Source: Bugula neritina
Taxonomy: Eukaryota; Animalia; Bryozoa
DNA: 64,000 nucleotides
Direction of reading: 5' to 3'
NCBI GenBank assembly: GCA_964035545.1
Contig: OZ037770.1
Span: forward strand, 14,808,642-14,872,641
Position numbers and translations under genes: made by a program. This document shows, in pieces, positions 25,501 to 38,300 of the stretch (its first letter is position 1; each line of letters begins with the position of its first letter). The notes under the pieces were generated by a model that did no database searches, had not been told where the DNA came from, and saw only the letters and a list, made by a program, of their open reading frames with translations.

Positions 25501-28500
25501 CTCCCCCCTTTACAATATAGAGTTGTAGTCTCCAGAATGAAATCTTTTGTGGTTTTGGTTGGAAGCAATGCTGAAGTGCCACATCAGCATTGCTCAGTAA
25601 CCAAAACCATAAAAAAGCTTTCAAGCTTATTTCTGTCAAAATTATCCATGAAGAAATACTTTTTAAAATTTTTTTGAACTGCTAATATGTGTGCTTATAC
25701 CAAAATATATCTCTCCTAAAATAACAATTCGATAGCATAATTAAAATTTTAAGTAGCAGCCAAACTTTAAATTTTTAATTAGTTTGCTCTTTATACGAAG
25801 GTTCAGCCTATTTCTTTTGAGAGATTACAACTCTTAATTGTAGAGGGGACATTGGAGACCTCTGAAGAAGGTTTGTTAATTATATAAATATATATTGAAA
25901 AGTAGCAAGAGATAAGAAGATCATAGAAATAGAGAGACTTACGGTTCGTGAATAGTGCATCACACTTCTGTAGTCATACACAGTACCGAAGAGATCTACA
26001 CTGTCAGCCTTCTGAGGTTCAAAGTTATGATGTAGACCAGAGTTGACATTCTCCAGATGTATGTTGATATAATTATCTCTGTCTGGTCTGCTCTGCTCGT
26101 GCCAGAAACCCAGAGCGTGCATGAACTCGTGGATGGCCGTCTTCTTCAGCTAAAACAGGCATAGCAATTTATTATCACCTGAAAAGATACGAACTTTTAG
26201 AAATATTTGCTAAAGCCTCGTTTATTGGGCAAAATTAGAAAAAATTATCTTTGACAAATGTATGAAGTTTACTACAGTTTACTTAATTAAGAGAACATAT
26301 TATATTCTAACATAGTATTATAATGATAATATAATACAACACGATTTATGCAAACTTCTGTTTCAGTTTTCTGCTTGACACAACAGAATTAGCACTTCAA
26401 TTATTACAAAATACAGGTGAGTGTTTTAATAGAAGTAATCAAACAAACTCATATACTTGTAAGTATGCAGTCTTTCTGTAAAATATTTTTCTCCACTGGG
26501 ATTCGGCGAACAGGAGCAATTATTACTGAATGCTCTTTTGAACATCACCAATGGCCTTTACCAGGTTGAACCCATGACTTTGTGTTTACTAAGCCACCGC
26601 TCTAATCCCTATAGACCACTGCATGCCTATAACCTATTACTATATAACTATATAAATAAGAACATAGTATTGTGATCACATAAAACTATTAGATGAAGGA
26701 AATAATACATCATGACTTACAAAGAGACATCCAGTATCTAAACTCATATCTTGAGCTCCACCAATTCTTCCTACATACGACCAACAACCACCGCCTCTCT
26801 TTATATTTATATAATCTCTTTGATTGGTTCGTGGAATTAGACTAATGCAAGTATACTTTTCATACGCTGCTTTGACTTCTTCAAACACTTTGAGCTCTTC
26901 TGAAGCTGTAATATATATATATGAATAACCTGAATTAGAGATTTTTGCAAACAGAAAGTGACTTACTCTGCTATTCTATAAATGAAACCACAGAAATCTA
27001 CATGAACTCAAATCGAAAAATGTTTTATTTTCTCCTCATCTCTGTTGTTTCAATCAATAAAATGGTAATTATTGTTAAAAGAAAACAAAATAATTATAGC
27101 TAGATAGTTTTCTTTTTTAAATTGCAGCAGAAATTAAATAAAATATGTTATATTAACTTTTTGATGTTCAAAGTATGAAATCTTACAATGAGTCAATTTG
27201 GAAAAAGATGTACACAAGTAACGGTGATATAATTATGCTGTTTATGAATTCCCATACAAGCAGCACACTGAATGAATTCGTAAACTCCAAACGGTTCCAC
27301 TGTCACTTTTACTTCCTGTTTGTTATTTCAGCTCCATCACGCATTAGCTTTAAACTTCCGATAAAAACTTCACATTGCAACAAGCCAGATATTCATGCAG
27401 TAGGTAGTTACCAAAACTTACTATGAACATTAGTAATGGTATACGGGATAAACTTCAGATTCCAGTAAATGTTGGTTCCTTTCCTAACATTTCTTTTCCC
27501 GCGTCGTCTGCTACCGCTGCCGGTCTCTAGAGGCACAATATCGGCATCACATCTGCCCGCTAGAGGTATCCCACTAGAACCAGGCACAGACTGGATGAAA
27601 CTAACGTTGTTGGTTGTGTACTCACAGGGGGCTTGGTGGGCTATGTCCAGCTCCGTAATCACTACTGATCTGTCGGGAGTTATCCTCACAACATCACCTG
27701 TGAAAAGACAACTCTCCAATCAACTGCCAAATTTTCATTTTAAAAAATTTTCAGCTGTTTTTCCGACCTCATGAATTTCTAGTTATACAAACTATTTTTC
27801 AAACTATAACTTTGCTAAGCCAAAATTAGGCCTATGAAAGATGGCCCCTTACTAAAATAATGTTGAATATTTATTGGAGATGGTTAAATCCTTCATTGAG
27901 TTCATGAATATAAAATTATATGTTTTCATAGATCTGTTTTTACACAATTACATATGTTATACCTGCATGTTTGTATATATAATATGTATGTAATGTAATA
28001 TAACGTTATGTGTAATATAATGTTATGTAACACAACGTTATGTAGTATGATGCTATGTCATACAATGCTATGTAATATAAGGCTATATGATGTAATACCA
28101 TGTAATATGATGTCATATGTATTATAGTGTTATGTAACATAATTATAATCATATTTAATAATATTACGTAACACTAACTTAGAAGATCAAAACTGGCAGC
28201 CTCAAAAGAATCTCCGAGTTCAGCACCTGCGGCAGCATTAGACAGCAACTCGTCAATTGGCGTAGATTTGTCAGCGGAGGGTGTCTGGGACAGGATGCTC
28301 TGCACCTGAGATTGGAGACAAAACAAGGTGTGTACCACGTCTTTTTACTTAATTTAAATCTTTTCTGATGATGATGTATGAAAGTCTTACATTCAAATGT
28401 GTCATTTTATTAAAGTATTTGAACCTTAAAATTCTTACTTCAAATACTTTCTTCAGAATTATAACAAAGATGAAAAAAATTAATGACATTATTACATGAG

Positions 28501-29000
28501 CACTAAATTATTTTATCAAAGTGATGTAACAAATTATCGATATTATAACTACTCTATAATATGATAAACTCTAGAGCAATCTAATACATGCTGCATTTGT
28601 TAATAGTACTGAGCAACAGACTGGACTATTATTGTGATTAACAGCATTTCAACAACGCTCTTAAGAAGCAAGGCAGTCAAAATAAGTTTTTAAATTAAAT
28701 TATGTAATTAGTAAGTAATATATTCTAAACAGGCAGTTTGAATAATCAGATTATCAAGTGCTATAAAGCAGAGCGTTGATACCCTGTATGCAATGTTTAT
28801 CAAAACTGTCTTTTTTTTCTTACACAAAATATTATTTTATTTCATTGAAAATACTAAAAATCATATTGATGCACTGTGAAGAGTAGTAATACAACCTATA
28901 ACTTTTATTACATAGCAAGATATTACAAACAGCTGTTAATAATTAGAATCAAAATTGGAAGTTATCTTACCGTTAATAGCATAAGCACAAGTGACTTCAT
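19563..29000 (-). CDS. Astacin-family zinc metalloprotease B (tandem paralog of A, with an extra Cys-rich exon and expanded PTTP linker), about 683 aa
   Basis: Exons 29000-28971, 28305-28179, 27697-27422, 26905-26721, 26149-25943, 25418-25292, 25075-24959, 24683-24513, 23963-23772, 23301-22997, 22548-22382, 22076-22016, 19649-19563. Same motifs and intron phases as A. The last exon MRLGARSYPWSYSGVWSVNLDPLKVYAC* matches A's IRIGARAYPWNHGGVWNVNVDPVKVYAC*. Confidence 0.9.
19728..19880. repeat. GTGACAG/GTGGCAG-rich degenerate tandem repeat
   Basis: Repeated AGTGGCAGGTGAGAGGTGACAG; the same motif recurs at 21632-21655 on the other side of the retroelement fragment. Confidence 0.7.
19978..21633 (-). 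mobile_element. 5'-truncated Ty3/Gypsy LTR retrotransposon (integrase region, PPT-like tract, 3' LTR) in the last intron of astacin B
   Basis: Integrase ORF, then on the minus strand a purine-rich AAGGGA followed by a candidate LTR TGTA...TACA (20154-19978, about 177 bp) with AATAAA near its 3' end. No gag, RT or 5' LTR in the window. Confidence 0.8.
20383..21630 (-). CDS. Gypsy-type Pol C-terminal fragment: HHCC zinc finger and DDE (rve) integrase
   Basis: More than 409 open codons. AHEGHQG...CRQCIDC zinc finger; PWSFLSADLMGP, LRTDNGPQF and PQANGEVERCNR catalytic D,D,E; YRSTPHSSTGVAPF; RSARSRKPPDRY tail. No ATG at the 5' boundary. Confidence 0.88.
   Translation of the reverse strand, partial: CNEIQQLVKAIQDNDFGSCSIGYKAVSGELSEVQNVVLRNNRIVVPVCLRNHVIQLAHEGHQGIVKTKQRLRSKVWWPGIDKQAESHCRQCIDCMSVAKPDPPQPVSMTKFPDKPWSFLSADLMGPLPNGQSIIVLVDYYSRYFECAFLTSTKSEKIVEFLDTIFARYGYCDALRTDNGPQFISEEFQRYLNEHRIKWVSTTPLWPQANGEVERCNRTILKSLRIAHENGQNLGRELRKLLIAYRSTPHSSTGVAPFTLLFGREMKTKFPTLSQEFDSTVFERAAENDAASKIVNKEILDRKCNLSEVQVGDTVLVRKEKKGKLDANFSNEKQEVVAKQGSEVVVRDENGKCLRRNSTFVKVVPAGSLESTSQSNQVKNMLPTAQSATPRSSARSRKPPDRYGNYVVHALGAQTG
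22806..22963. mobile_element. About 158-bp foldback (palindromic) MITE-like element in an astacin B intron
   Basis: Left arm CTATAAGAAGCTCAG...GAGTGCAATATAGTTTGGGATTCTCAAGTTTAG pairs with right arm ...TAGACTCGAGATCCCAAACTACTGCACTCAG...TGAGCTGCTTATAG over about 70 nt. Confidence 0.65.
24530..24683 (-). repeat. Coding 15-bp repeat encoding a (PTTP[K/M/R])n mucin-like linker in astacin B
   Basis: Exon 24683-24513 translates VTTPRPTTPKPTTPKPTTPMPTTPKPTTPMPTTPRSTTSKPTT...; paralog A has only a 69-nt version. Confidence 0.85.
25479..25864. mobile_element. About 386-bp MITE with hAT-like CAGAGGTC termini in an astacin B intron
   Basis: About 55-nt imperfect TIRs: CAGAGGTCCCTCAATGTCCCC...TACAATATAGAGTTGTAGTCTC vs GAGATTACAACTCTTAATTGTAGAGGGGACATTGGAGACCTCTG. 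Absent from the homologous 100-nt intron of paralog A. No clean TSD. Confidence 0.75.
26480..26622 (-). mobile_element. Degenerate tRNA-derived SINE fragment
   Basis: Minus strand: GTGGTCTATAGGGATTAGAGCG (A-box-like) ... GGGTTCAACC (B-box-like), then ATTGGTGATGTTCAAAAGAGCATTCAG...AATTGCTCC, resembling the central region of invertebrate tRNA-SINEs. No intact cloverleaf. Confidence 0.45.
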
Positions 29001-29049
29001 TCTTCTTTCTGTAGAGAAATAAACTTAGTTTCTCTTCTCTCTACTCAGC

Positions 29050-29090
29050 ACTGAATGACTCTTAGAGCTTCTGATTTCTCTTTTATAAAA
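29050..29090 (-). promoter_or_regulatory. Core promoter of astacin B: TATA box and initiator
   Basis: Minus strand TATAAAAG followed about 30 nt later by AGTCATTC, roughly 55 nt upstream of the ATG at 29000. Confidence 0.7.
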
Positions 29091-32000
29091 ACTGTAGGCT
29101 GACACGGAGCATTGCACAACGCTGGCGTCACATGGCGCAGCCTCTCTCTGACAACACCGTAATCTTGCTAATCCCAAACTCTGATTTCATTTCTTTAGCT
29201 TTCTTCAACAAACATCATTAAACATATACACAATGAGGCATAGGCTAGAACCCATACACAATGAGGCTTTCCCCATAAAACCCAATTGCATAGAACATTC
29301 TAATTCTTGCAAAAAGTGCATTTTTATGAAAGGGTGAAATCAACATTTTCTCAAATAAGTTTAAAGCATTTTAAATAAACTAACTCTAAAACTACTTAAA
29401 CAGAAAGTTGCATTCTTATCCGTATACAAAAATATTTATATTTTACTGCGAAAGATAATAGAGTATATTATTTTATTACTGTATGTTAACTCCAACTAAT
29501 TCTTTGTGATAAAAAACATCCTATACTGGCTGTTATATAATTAAATTAGAATTATTGCTGCAGTAGCCCATCCATGGCTATTTATCTTACGAAGTGTGTA
29601 ATACAATTCGCTTGGTTAATTTTGGAGCACCTTGCCAAAGATGTCATTCTGTCATCTCCCATATCTCAGTGAATCAGCATAAAGCTTTCCAATGCTATGA
29701 AGAGGTTGAATTTAATTGCCAGTTTTGCTAAGATTTATTTAGCTTTTGTCAATCTAGATAGCTCTAAGTTTTTCTTATTTTATGCAAATGATAAATTGCC
29801 ACCTTTTTGTAAGACTCTATAAGATTGGCTAAGAATGAGGCTATGAGAATGTTATTATTCTAAGAATATGGAAACATAAAGCAAGTTGAAACTGTTTCAA
29901 AGCAGCACATAGCTATGATAGCTTTTAGTTCCATCAGCTCATGTGAAAAGAAATCGACATGATTCATCGCGAACACACTTAATTTTTAACTTAATACTTT
30001 CCTTCTTAATACGTAATTGATAATCTTCTAGGGCATTGGAAGTCTTAAAATTATACTCAGTTTGTCTACATCTCCTGTGTTAAATTTTCAATCAATTTAC
30101 TATGAATATAATATTATGCAATGTATATGCAATACAATATTATATAACACAATATATATTTGTGCTCGTGTGCGTGTGTATACATGTTTAGAATGTTTTA
30201 GCCAATTTATCTGAGCTGTAATTCAACTGCATGACCTTAACTTTGATCTAAAATATTTCAACACAGAGATTTAAGGCACACTTCATTAATTTTTTGTCAA
30301 TCATCTGGTTTAATCTAAAGGGGCTGTATAAAAATTTAGAAAATAATAATTTAGAATAGAATATTAAAACCAAAATACTTCTAATATATGTTGTCATAAT
30401 TTGCGTAATTTGATATTTTCAAACTTCTCTTTCAATCTGTGTGTTGAAACTTTTAGCAATTCTCCCTCTCTGTTTTATTTCATGGAGGTTAACATCCCTG
30501 CAGAAAAATGTTAAAAAGTATTCATTGGATGTTAATAGAGAATAAAGAGTTATGACTAAAACAATAAAAAATTAAGCCTGAGATTGCTATAAAACAGTAA
30601 ATTAGTTGAGAAACAAGACCGAGAATTATTTGGTATAGAAAAATGCTGACCAACATTTCCTTGATGACTAACATTGACGTCTGCAACTTATTTGTCTTCT
30701 GCAACCTATTTCTCACTCAATTGATTTCACTTAGAAATTTCAAGGTGTTTACGCAAACTACTATACTACAACAATAATTACCACTGAATGGTCATTAAGC
30801 AATGCATTTCGAAACAGGATGCTTGTTTGGTTTATTATGTGGTGCATTATGGGAAAGCATTTGAATTGACTTGAGATTTCAATATAATGAGATCAATTGT
30901 TGAACTTGGCATATCATTTATGTAAATTGATAAAGAACAATAGGATTAATTAGTTTTATCGGTTTAAAAGTTGTTAGAATAATATAAAAGATTAATTAAT
31001 TACTGGGCATGAAAAGCTATTCAATTTCCTGATTAACTCCCTAATCGTTGGACTTTGGCATGTACTGCTTTGTACTATTTGCAATGACAAACATAATTAA
31101 CAATGGTTGTTTGTTTTTATATGCATACTAATTAAATGTAGCAATAGATTAGTGAATGTAGAGCAAACATAGACTACTTCTGAAATCTTCCTTCCAGAGC
31201 ATCTGACAACTTGTCTATAATGTTTGGTGAGAGTTTTCTTTTTAAAACTTTTAAATAAAGATTATTTCTAATTAACAAATGAAGTTAATTTATTGAATTT
31301 ATTTTATTAAAGCCAAACATATTTGAAATATACTTTAGAACTAGTCTTCACACCGTATTTATCCCTCCCCCTTGCACTTCATAGAAACAAATTAGATAAA
31401 CCATTTCTATCAATACTCCAAATTCTTCAAGTCACCTAAAAATCAACTAAATCAAACATTTCAGTAAATCAAGAATAGTAATTCGAGTAGATGTAAACAA
31501 TGATTAATAGTGTCTGAAAAGTTTTCTTATTGGAAATAAATCAAGAAACACTTTCAATTGAGTAAATTAAGAGCTAAGTATTCTTTTCTCTCTTTTTAAA
31601 GAACTAGCTTCACCTCTGCTAATGGACATACAGCGCTATTAGATTAAAATTCCTATACCCCCTTTCTCACTATTAACTGGATACATTCCTGTAGACAAAC
31701 ACTCAGTGCTGTGCTAGTGTACACATGGTGCTATGGTTTAGCAGATTAACATGAATCATTTGCAGTGGTGATAATACGTTTTATTGGATCAGCACAGATT
31801 AATTCTATAGTTACTTGATTACTTGATTTGGCCACACTTTTCCAGGCAAGCCTGAGATGGAACCAATAGGCAATTATTTAGAATAATGGCTTGTGATGTC
31901 AGAGAGCTCTGTTAAAGCTATTGTAATGCTCGATTAAGTTGTCAAAAGTTTGCTAGCCAAAGATATGCAGCTTGATTATTCAAGCAAAAATATTTAAATG

Positions 32001-32734
32001 TTTTTCATTATATTTGAAAGATTGTCTATGATTCATTTTATTTAATCTCTAAGTTAGATTTTTGAGTTAAAATTCTATTTTTGAGTTTACTGTAGCTTTT
32101 TAAATTGCTTTATTTATATGACACCCATTCATATCAGTGTAGAATATCGTATCAGTAAAATTTTAAAGCAACAAATTCTAATCATTTATATTATACAGTG
32201 TACATGACATTGGTCAAATTCAAGATTTAAAAAAGGAAGAAATAATTATCAAAGTTGAAATTGCAGATTACAAAATAATTAAAAAAAAGAACCTCTCAGT
32301 CAGTCAGTGAATGATAACATGCTTTATAAAGCTTTAGTTTGCTATGTGTTGCTTTCATAGTACTAGTATTAATATAACAATGCATTACATAATGTGATAT
32401 TATAGTACACCGATATAGTATAACAATACTTCATCATATTTACCCTGCAATGATTGCCAACTTTCTGGACTTCAACAAAAAGTGGAAGTACACATGAATC
32501 ACTGTGCAACTCAGTGAGCTGCATAATTACTTTCCTTTCTGTTGTGCTAAGTCAAATTATAGATAATCCACTTAAAGCCTTTTGATGTTACTTGTTGCCA
32601 TAGTAACAGGCTTGCTAAATAGAAATAACCATGACTTGTATTATATTTCATGTATAGAGATGTGATAGTTTAATATGTTGAAGTTCACGTTTATATAAAA
32701 TGTGTGCAAGTAGACTTTTTAATTGGCTCCATCA

Positions 32735-32908
32735 CAGGATCACCTGAGGTGTTTACAGGTTCATCACAAGACCAACTCAGGTCTTCACAAGTTTTACCAG
32801 GAGGCGACCTGAGGTGCTTATAGGTTTATCATTGGAACACCTCAGGACTTAACACGTTTTACCAGGAGATGATCTGAGGTGTTTATAGGTTCATTACAAG
32901 ACCACCTT
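32735..32908. repeat. 65-bp tandem repeat, about 2.6 copies, each with a CCTGAGG/CCTCAGG dyad
   Basis: A(C/T)CTGAGGTG recurs at 32742, 32807 and 32872. Confidence 0.7.
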
Positions 32909-34130
32909 CATTTATAGTTGATACACACATGCATGAAAGCAGTCTTTTTCAACTAACCACAAGTTTAAGCAATGCTCTGTAATATTAATATCTTGTTTCA
33001 TCAGATAGACTATGCTAAAAGATTTCCTTATTATTTTGAGGAAATAGCATAGCATGTTGAAATAACAGAGAAATAGTTGTGAGCCATGCATGAATTTAGT
33101 ATAAATGTACTGGTATATATTAGCACTTATAGTACACTACATGTGTCGTCTGTCAATTCATTGAGTAGTGAGAAAAACAAAATAGTGGTATATAAATGTC
33201 TTTTCAATACAAACATGATTGCAGTTACAATAAGAGCTACCAACTTTAAGTGCAATGGCACTGCACCTACAGTTAATGTCTATACCACCTGTAGGTGTAG
33301 TAGCAACATTAACACATATACATGCAGTTAGTGCAATGCAACACTAACTGGAAGTTAAAGTAAAAAGAAACATTATTTTTATTTTATAAGCTCCATAAGA
33401 AGTATTCATACTTTTTGAATATTGAATCGATTTTTAGTTCTGTAGTATGTTTTCAGTTGATTTGATGATAGAACTCGAGCTAAGAATTTGGGGGAGATAA
33501 CCCTATAGTAGATTGAATATGACCTAGCCTGTGCTTTAATATCTCATGAACTTGCAGTGCTAATGAATTCTACACACTCAAAATGATGGTGAAGAATCTA
33601 GATCTAAAATGACCAAATAAAATAAAATGGCATGAGTTTAATGTGAAACACAATGCTCTATCATGACCTTGACTTTACATTTATAGTAACTAAATTGACA
33701 ACAAATCACTCTTCTAACAATAATATATATTTTTTTATCTTTTATTTTCATAAAAATGAATCATCAAAGTGTTTTGTAATATGAAATGTTAGATTAGTGA
33801 AAATTTGAGCACAATAAAATTGACAACGTAATATAATATTATATTATAATAATATTATATTATATTATAATATAATAGAATATTATAATGTAATATTATA
33901 TTATATTATATTATATTATAATATTGAGATGAGCAATGTTTGCTGAGGTTTAAAATAACTTGTCACGCGGTAGCAGCTTTTTTACTTATACATATTTCTA
34001 TTTGGCGTTTTAAACTCTTTACGCACAACTTAATTTTTTTTCCTCAAAAGCAACGAGTAAATTTAGTTACAGTAAGTTGATTATTATATGCTCTATAGTT
34101 TGTACATATCAGTGGTACTTTCAAAGTATT

Positions 34131-37100
34131 TTACGCATAGCTAGTGCTGCCCAGTGGCGCATCACTCCACCATTTGTCGTCTACCGTCGCTTTGATCTCT
34201 TCCGGCACCACCAGACTCGCGTTTGTCACTGCGTACTCACTTCCTGCTGAGAGATACTCTCGGTTCTTGTGTCTCATTTTCACGGCAATGTCTGCCATTT
34301 CTGTCTGTCCGTCTGCCATTTTATCATCTCGACAGCATTCCAACTTTTTCCTGCAGCAAATTATGTAAAATGAATTTTTTTCTAATTTATTAATATTTGA
34401 AGTACGTATGACAATAATGTTATTAAAACACTTGCAGCTTTTAATATGCTTTTAAATTATTTCTTAGTGAACAATATGGCTGATACATTGCGTTTTTTTA
34501 AATATTTGCAGCTTTTGTTCTTGTAAGTCACAAATTAAACTATTTTATGATGTTCTGATTATGTAAATAGTGTAAATAATTCTGTTAGCATAAAGTTGTC
34601 TTCTCATAGTGCTTGGGAAATGAAGCAAACATTAATTAATAATTAAAGAATTGTTTTGAAAGAAAAATAAATGTGTGGTAATTCTACTATAATCACATAA
34701 GTTTAGTACACTCACACCCTTTTCTAAAATACTTACAGGCATGGTTTAAGGCACGGTACATACTTCGTCTCGCACCAGAACACAATGAAGCAGCATGTAG
34801 CTAAGGCTACAGTGATCCCCGCTATAAGACCTCCTATCCAGAGCATTCGGTTGGCTCTAAGAATGAAAAATATAGTAACTAAGGGCTTAGCAGAAATGGC
34901 GTGTCACTACTTCACGTCACTTGATTGAGATCTTTACTGCATCAAGGTTTTAGTGTGATGAATGTTACAGGCTATGACATGTTTGTTATTAATTCAACAA
35001 ATCATTATTTAGTAAATATTTTGCATGACATATTAATATGTTTAATCACAGAGAATGTATATATAACAAATACATTAAAATTTTAACTAACATATAAGTT
35101 TAACTATTATACTATAGGTGCGTGTGCGTGCGTGTGTGCGTGCGTATGCGCGCGTGTGTGCAATTTTCTATAAGCACCAAGATTCAGAAGTTTTCATTGT
35201 TGCTATGGTTACAGCAGGTAAAGAGTTGAGCTAACATATATACACACAGGTAGTTGCGTGCATCTCAAGTAGCCACATTTATATGAATTACGGGATATTG
35301 TAATGAAAAACAGATGAGAAGTGTTACTACATTAGGTGCATTGTGGTATTGATTAACAGCATTACATAAGTGTGAGAAAGAGTGCTATAACATAGAGCGC
35401 TATATAGACAGTGCATGTGTGTACATACAGTACACACATGCCCTCATCTTTCAATTTACATCATAGCATTTTAATTAGACTAAATTATAGTTAATATTTT
35501 GTTTATTTAGTAAATAATCATGGTGAAATCTAATGGAAGGTTTGAGAATACAATGAAAGCTAAAATAATAACAATATTATATTAAAATATTTTGCCTCAA
35601 ACACAATTTGTAGCATGACATTCTTTATAGAGGTATGTTTAGAATTGCCTACCCAGTTTTACCATTACAGCATACAATTTCATCGTCAATATTGCAACAG
35701 GAAGTTCTGTTTGACTCTCTTGCCTGCGTGGTGTTGCAGTCAACGTAGTTGTCAGGTGCAGCGGCGGGTTTGCTGTCATCAACAACACATTTCGGATCAA
35801 TTTTGGACGAAACAGCATCTATAAGATGTCAGAAAACCAATAAATATTTCTATATATAGTTGCCTAAAACTCATTTATATAATAATAATCATTATAAATG
35901 GTGCTGTCTTATATTAATTTAATAATAAGACATGCATTGCAGTTTTATTTCAGTCTGTAGAAACCATAATTCTAGTGTGGTAACTGCATGTAAATGCATA
36001 AGCATAATTTGTAATAACAATTTAAAAGTTTGAGCCTCATAACTCCATCGTTGGTCTAGCTGGAAGTTTTTTATGCATGACCAAATTTTTGCATATAAAT
36101 ATTTTATTGTATAACGGTCTTGGTCATTTTTTAAACTTGTAAAACAATTCAATCATAGTTTGATTGAAAAAACAATTTTATAGAGTTTTTTAATTACTGA
36201 AAGATCCTATTATCTTGTTTGTAAGATACAAACAGTACAGTGCCGATAAAAATTCAGGTCTCCGGGCATAAAATTGTTTGCCAATGAACAACTTATTGCC
36301 CTAAAAAGAGGCTCCGTTCAACAATAATAAAAATGATAAAATATTTCATATTAAAGTAATAGAGTTAAAGCTGGATGAAATATGACATCACATTTGCTTT
36401 TTATTGCTGATAAATGGAGAAAGGACTATTTTTTTAATCTAATTTAATAAGTGTAATCTGTGATAGTTAATTACTTTTATTTGTAATTGTTTCAAAATGC
36501 AATCAAGTTATTTTTAAAAAACAGTTAAGCAATAAATGCCGTAAATCTATACAGAAAAAACAGGAGAGATAAGTCTATTGTTACTATGGAATGCATTTAT
36601 GAGCAATTATTGACAAATTAATTTCAATCCTCCACAGAAAGCTAAAAACAGAAGGCTTATAAACACGGATTTGAAAATGGAAGAAAAGAAAGGTTAGTTA
36701 TAAGTTTAAAACTAACAAATAATATTATATAATCCGAAGAAAAGTTGTAAATAGTAAGAAATTCATATTATATATAATGAATTTTGACTTAGTATATAAA
36801 CAATACCTTCAATATTTAAACTTGACTCATTTGTTTAGTAGCAATTCGATAAGTTTTATTTTAAGTTTGCAATGCTCTCAACTGACTAGCTATGCACATG
36901 TAAGCCTTGCAGCAATAGTCAGTGAACAAGTATTCAACACTTTTAGTCAATGAATTGAAAAAATGGTAAAAATAAACAAAATAAATGTATCTAATAAAAT
37001 AATAATCCTTAACTTCTAAATAACACATGAAGCAATAAGGATTTCTTCATTTACAAACATACCAGCTAATCTAATGCAGACGCACATCACTATCAGTAAC

Positions 37101-37132
37101 ACAATGTGTAGATACTTGTACTGCGCTGCCAT
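34131..37132 (-). CDS. Type I single-pass membrane protein with six-Cys ectodomain (Shisa-like / WBP1-VOPP1-CYYR1-TMEM92 group), about 191 aa
   Basis: Exons 37132-37063, 35818-35653, 34856-34737, 34350-34131 join in phase (1, 2, 2). Signal peptide MAAQYKYLHIVLLIVMCVCIRLA; ectodomain C..C..CC..CC; TM MLWIGGLIAGITVALATCCFIVFW; Cys-rich juxtamembrane region. Confidence 0.8.
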
Positions 37133-37477
37133 GTTTTACAGATTCTATTCTTCAGCTGCCGAGTTTAATCTAGTGAAATCTTGGAGTAAATCAATATTAC
37201 ACTTTGCTCCACCGATAAATTATTTAAAACTCTTTTTGAAATAATTTCTATGTCATCATTTTGTCTCTTTCAAATAAATTAGTTCATTTCGTGGTTTACA
37301 ATAGATTGCAAGTTTAAATTATTAAACAGTTGTTCATCCCATAGTTACATCCAGGTGTTTCTGGGCTAACAAAACAGCAATAAACATTACATTAGATAAA
37401 AGTATTTCTAGTTCATTTATGCTGAATAAAAAGGTGCATGCTTGCTTAACATGCTACCCGCCATTATGACTGTATTG

Positions 37478-37620
37478 TAGTGATATCGTAGTTATATCAT
37501 AGCTATATCGTAGCTATATTGTAGCTATATCGTAGGTATATCGTAGCTATATCGTATAGCTATATCATAGCTATATCGCATAGTTATATCGTAGCTATAT
37601 CGTAGCTATATTGTAGCTGC
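37478..37620. repeat. 11-bp tandem repeat (ATCGTAGCTAT)n
   Basis: About 12 copies between the divergent genes starting at 37132 and 38301. Confidence 0.9.
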
Positions 37621-38300
37621 ATTATGGCTAAAATATGATCAAGGCTATAAACTATTCCACAGTTTTGTTTTTTGAATGAGGTTGGCCTTGTTTTTGTTAA
37701 CGAAACCAACTTTAATTAGTAAAAAAGGTCAATAGCTATGTTAACTACGTTACTAATCAAACCAAGAGGCATTAATCAAAGTGAAAGTGCATCAGTAATC
37801 AAACTGAAAGTGCAGTAATCAATATATTTGATGAAAACCAGAAGGAATTGTTAGGAAGGAAACATTCAAGTCTATTGCATCTGATTATTAGAAAAATTGA
37901 AGATGCATTCAATTTTATGCATTTGAGAATTGGAGATTGTAAGATATGATTACTTTAATTGTTGTAAAGCTGGTCTTGAAATGCACTATTTTTGCAATAT
38001 TATTGCCAGAGTGTGGGGGGGGGTCATGATTGCCGCTCCTGCCAACCTTCCTATGTTTTTAATTTAGCCAAATGAATTAGAAGCACAATTTCTTGTTTAT
38101 ATAATAACGAAGCAAGATGAGCAGCAGTAAGGTTTAGTTCTGATCAGCCTTTAAGCTGGCTAATCAAATTAACCAGAGTATACTGAGGGAAATTACTCAT
38201 TAGTGGCAGCTCTCAACATCACTCTTTTTTTCAATCAATACGAAAAGAAATTTCATAATTCTCGCATTTTGAAGGAACATCTGGAGCGGAGAGAAGTTTT

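Noticed and set aside
26553-26622. Possible tRNA gene
   Set aside because: Stems do not form a cloverleaf; treated as a SINE head instead.
30400-30716. Exon-like minus-strand segments and a 64-aa ORF in the intergenic region
   Set aside because: Could not be joined into a credible frame or matched to any protein family.
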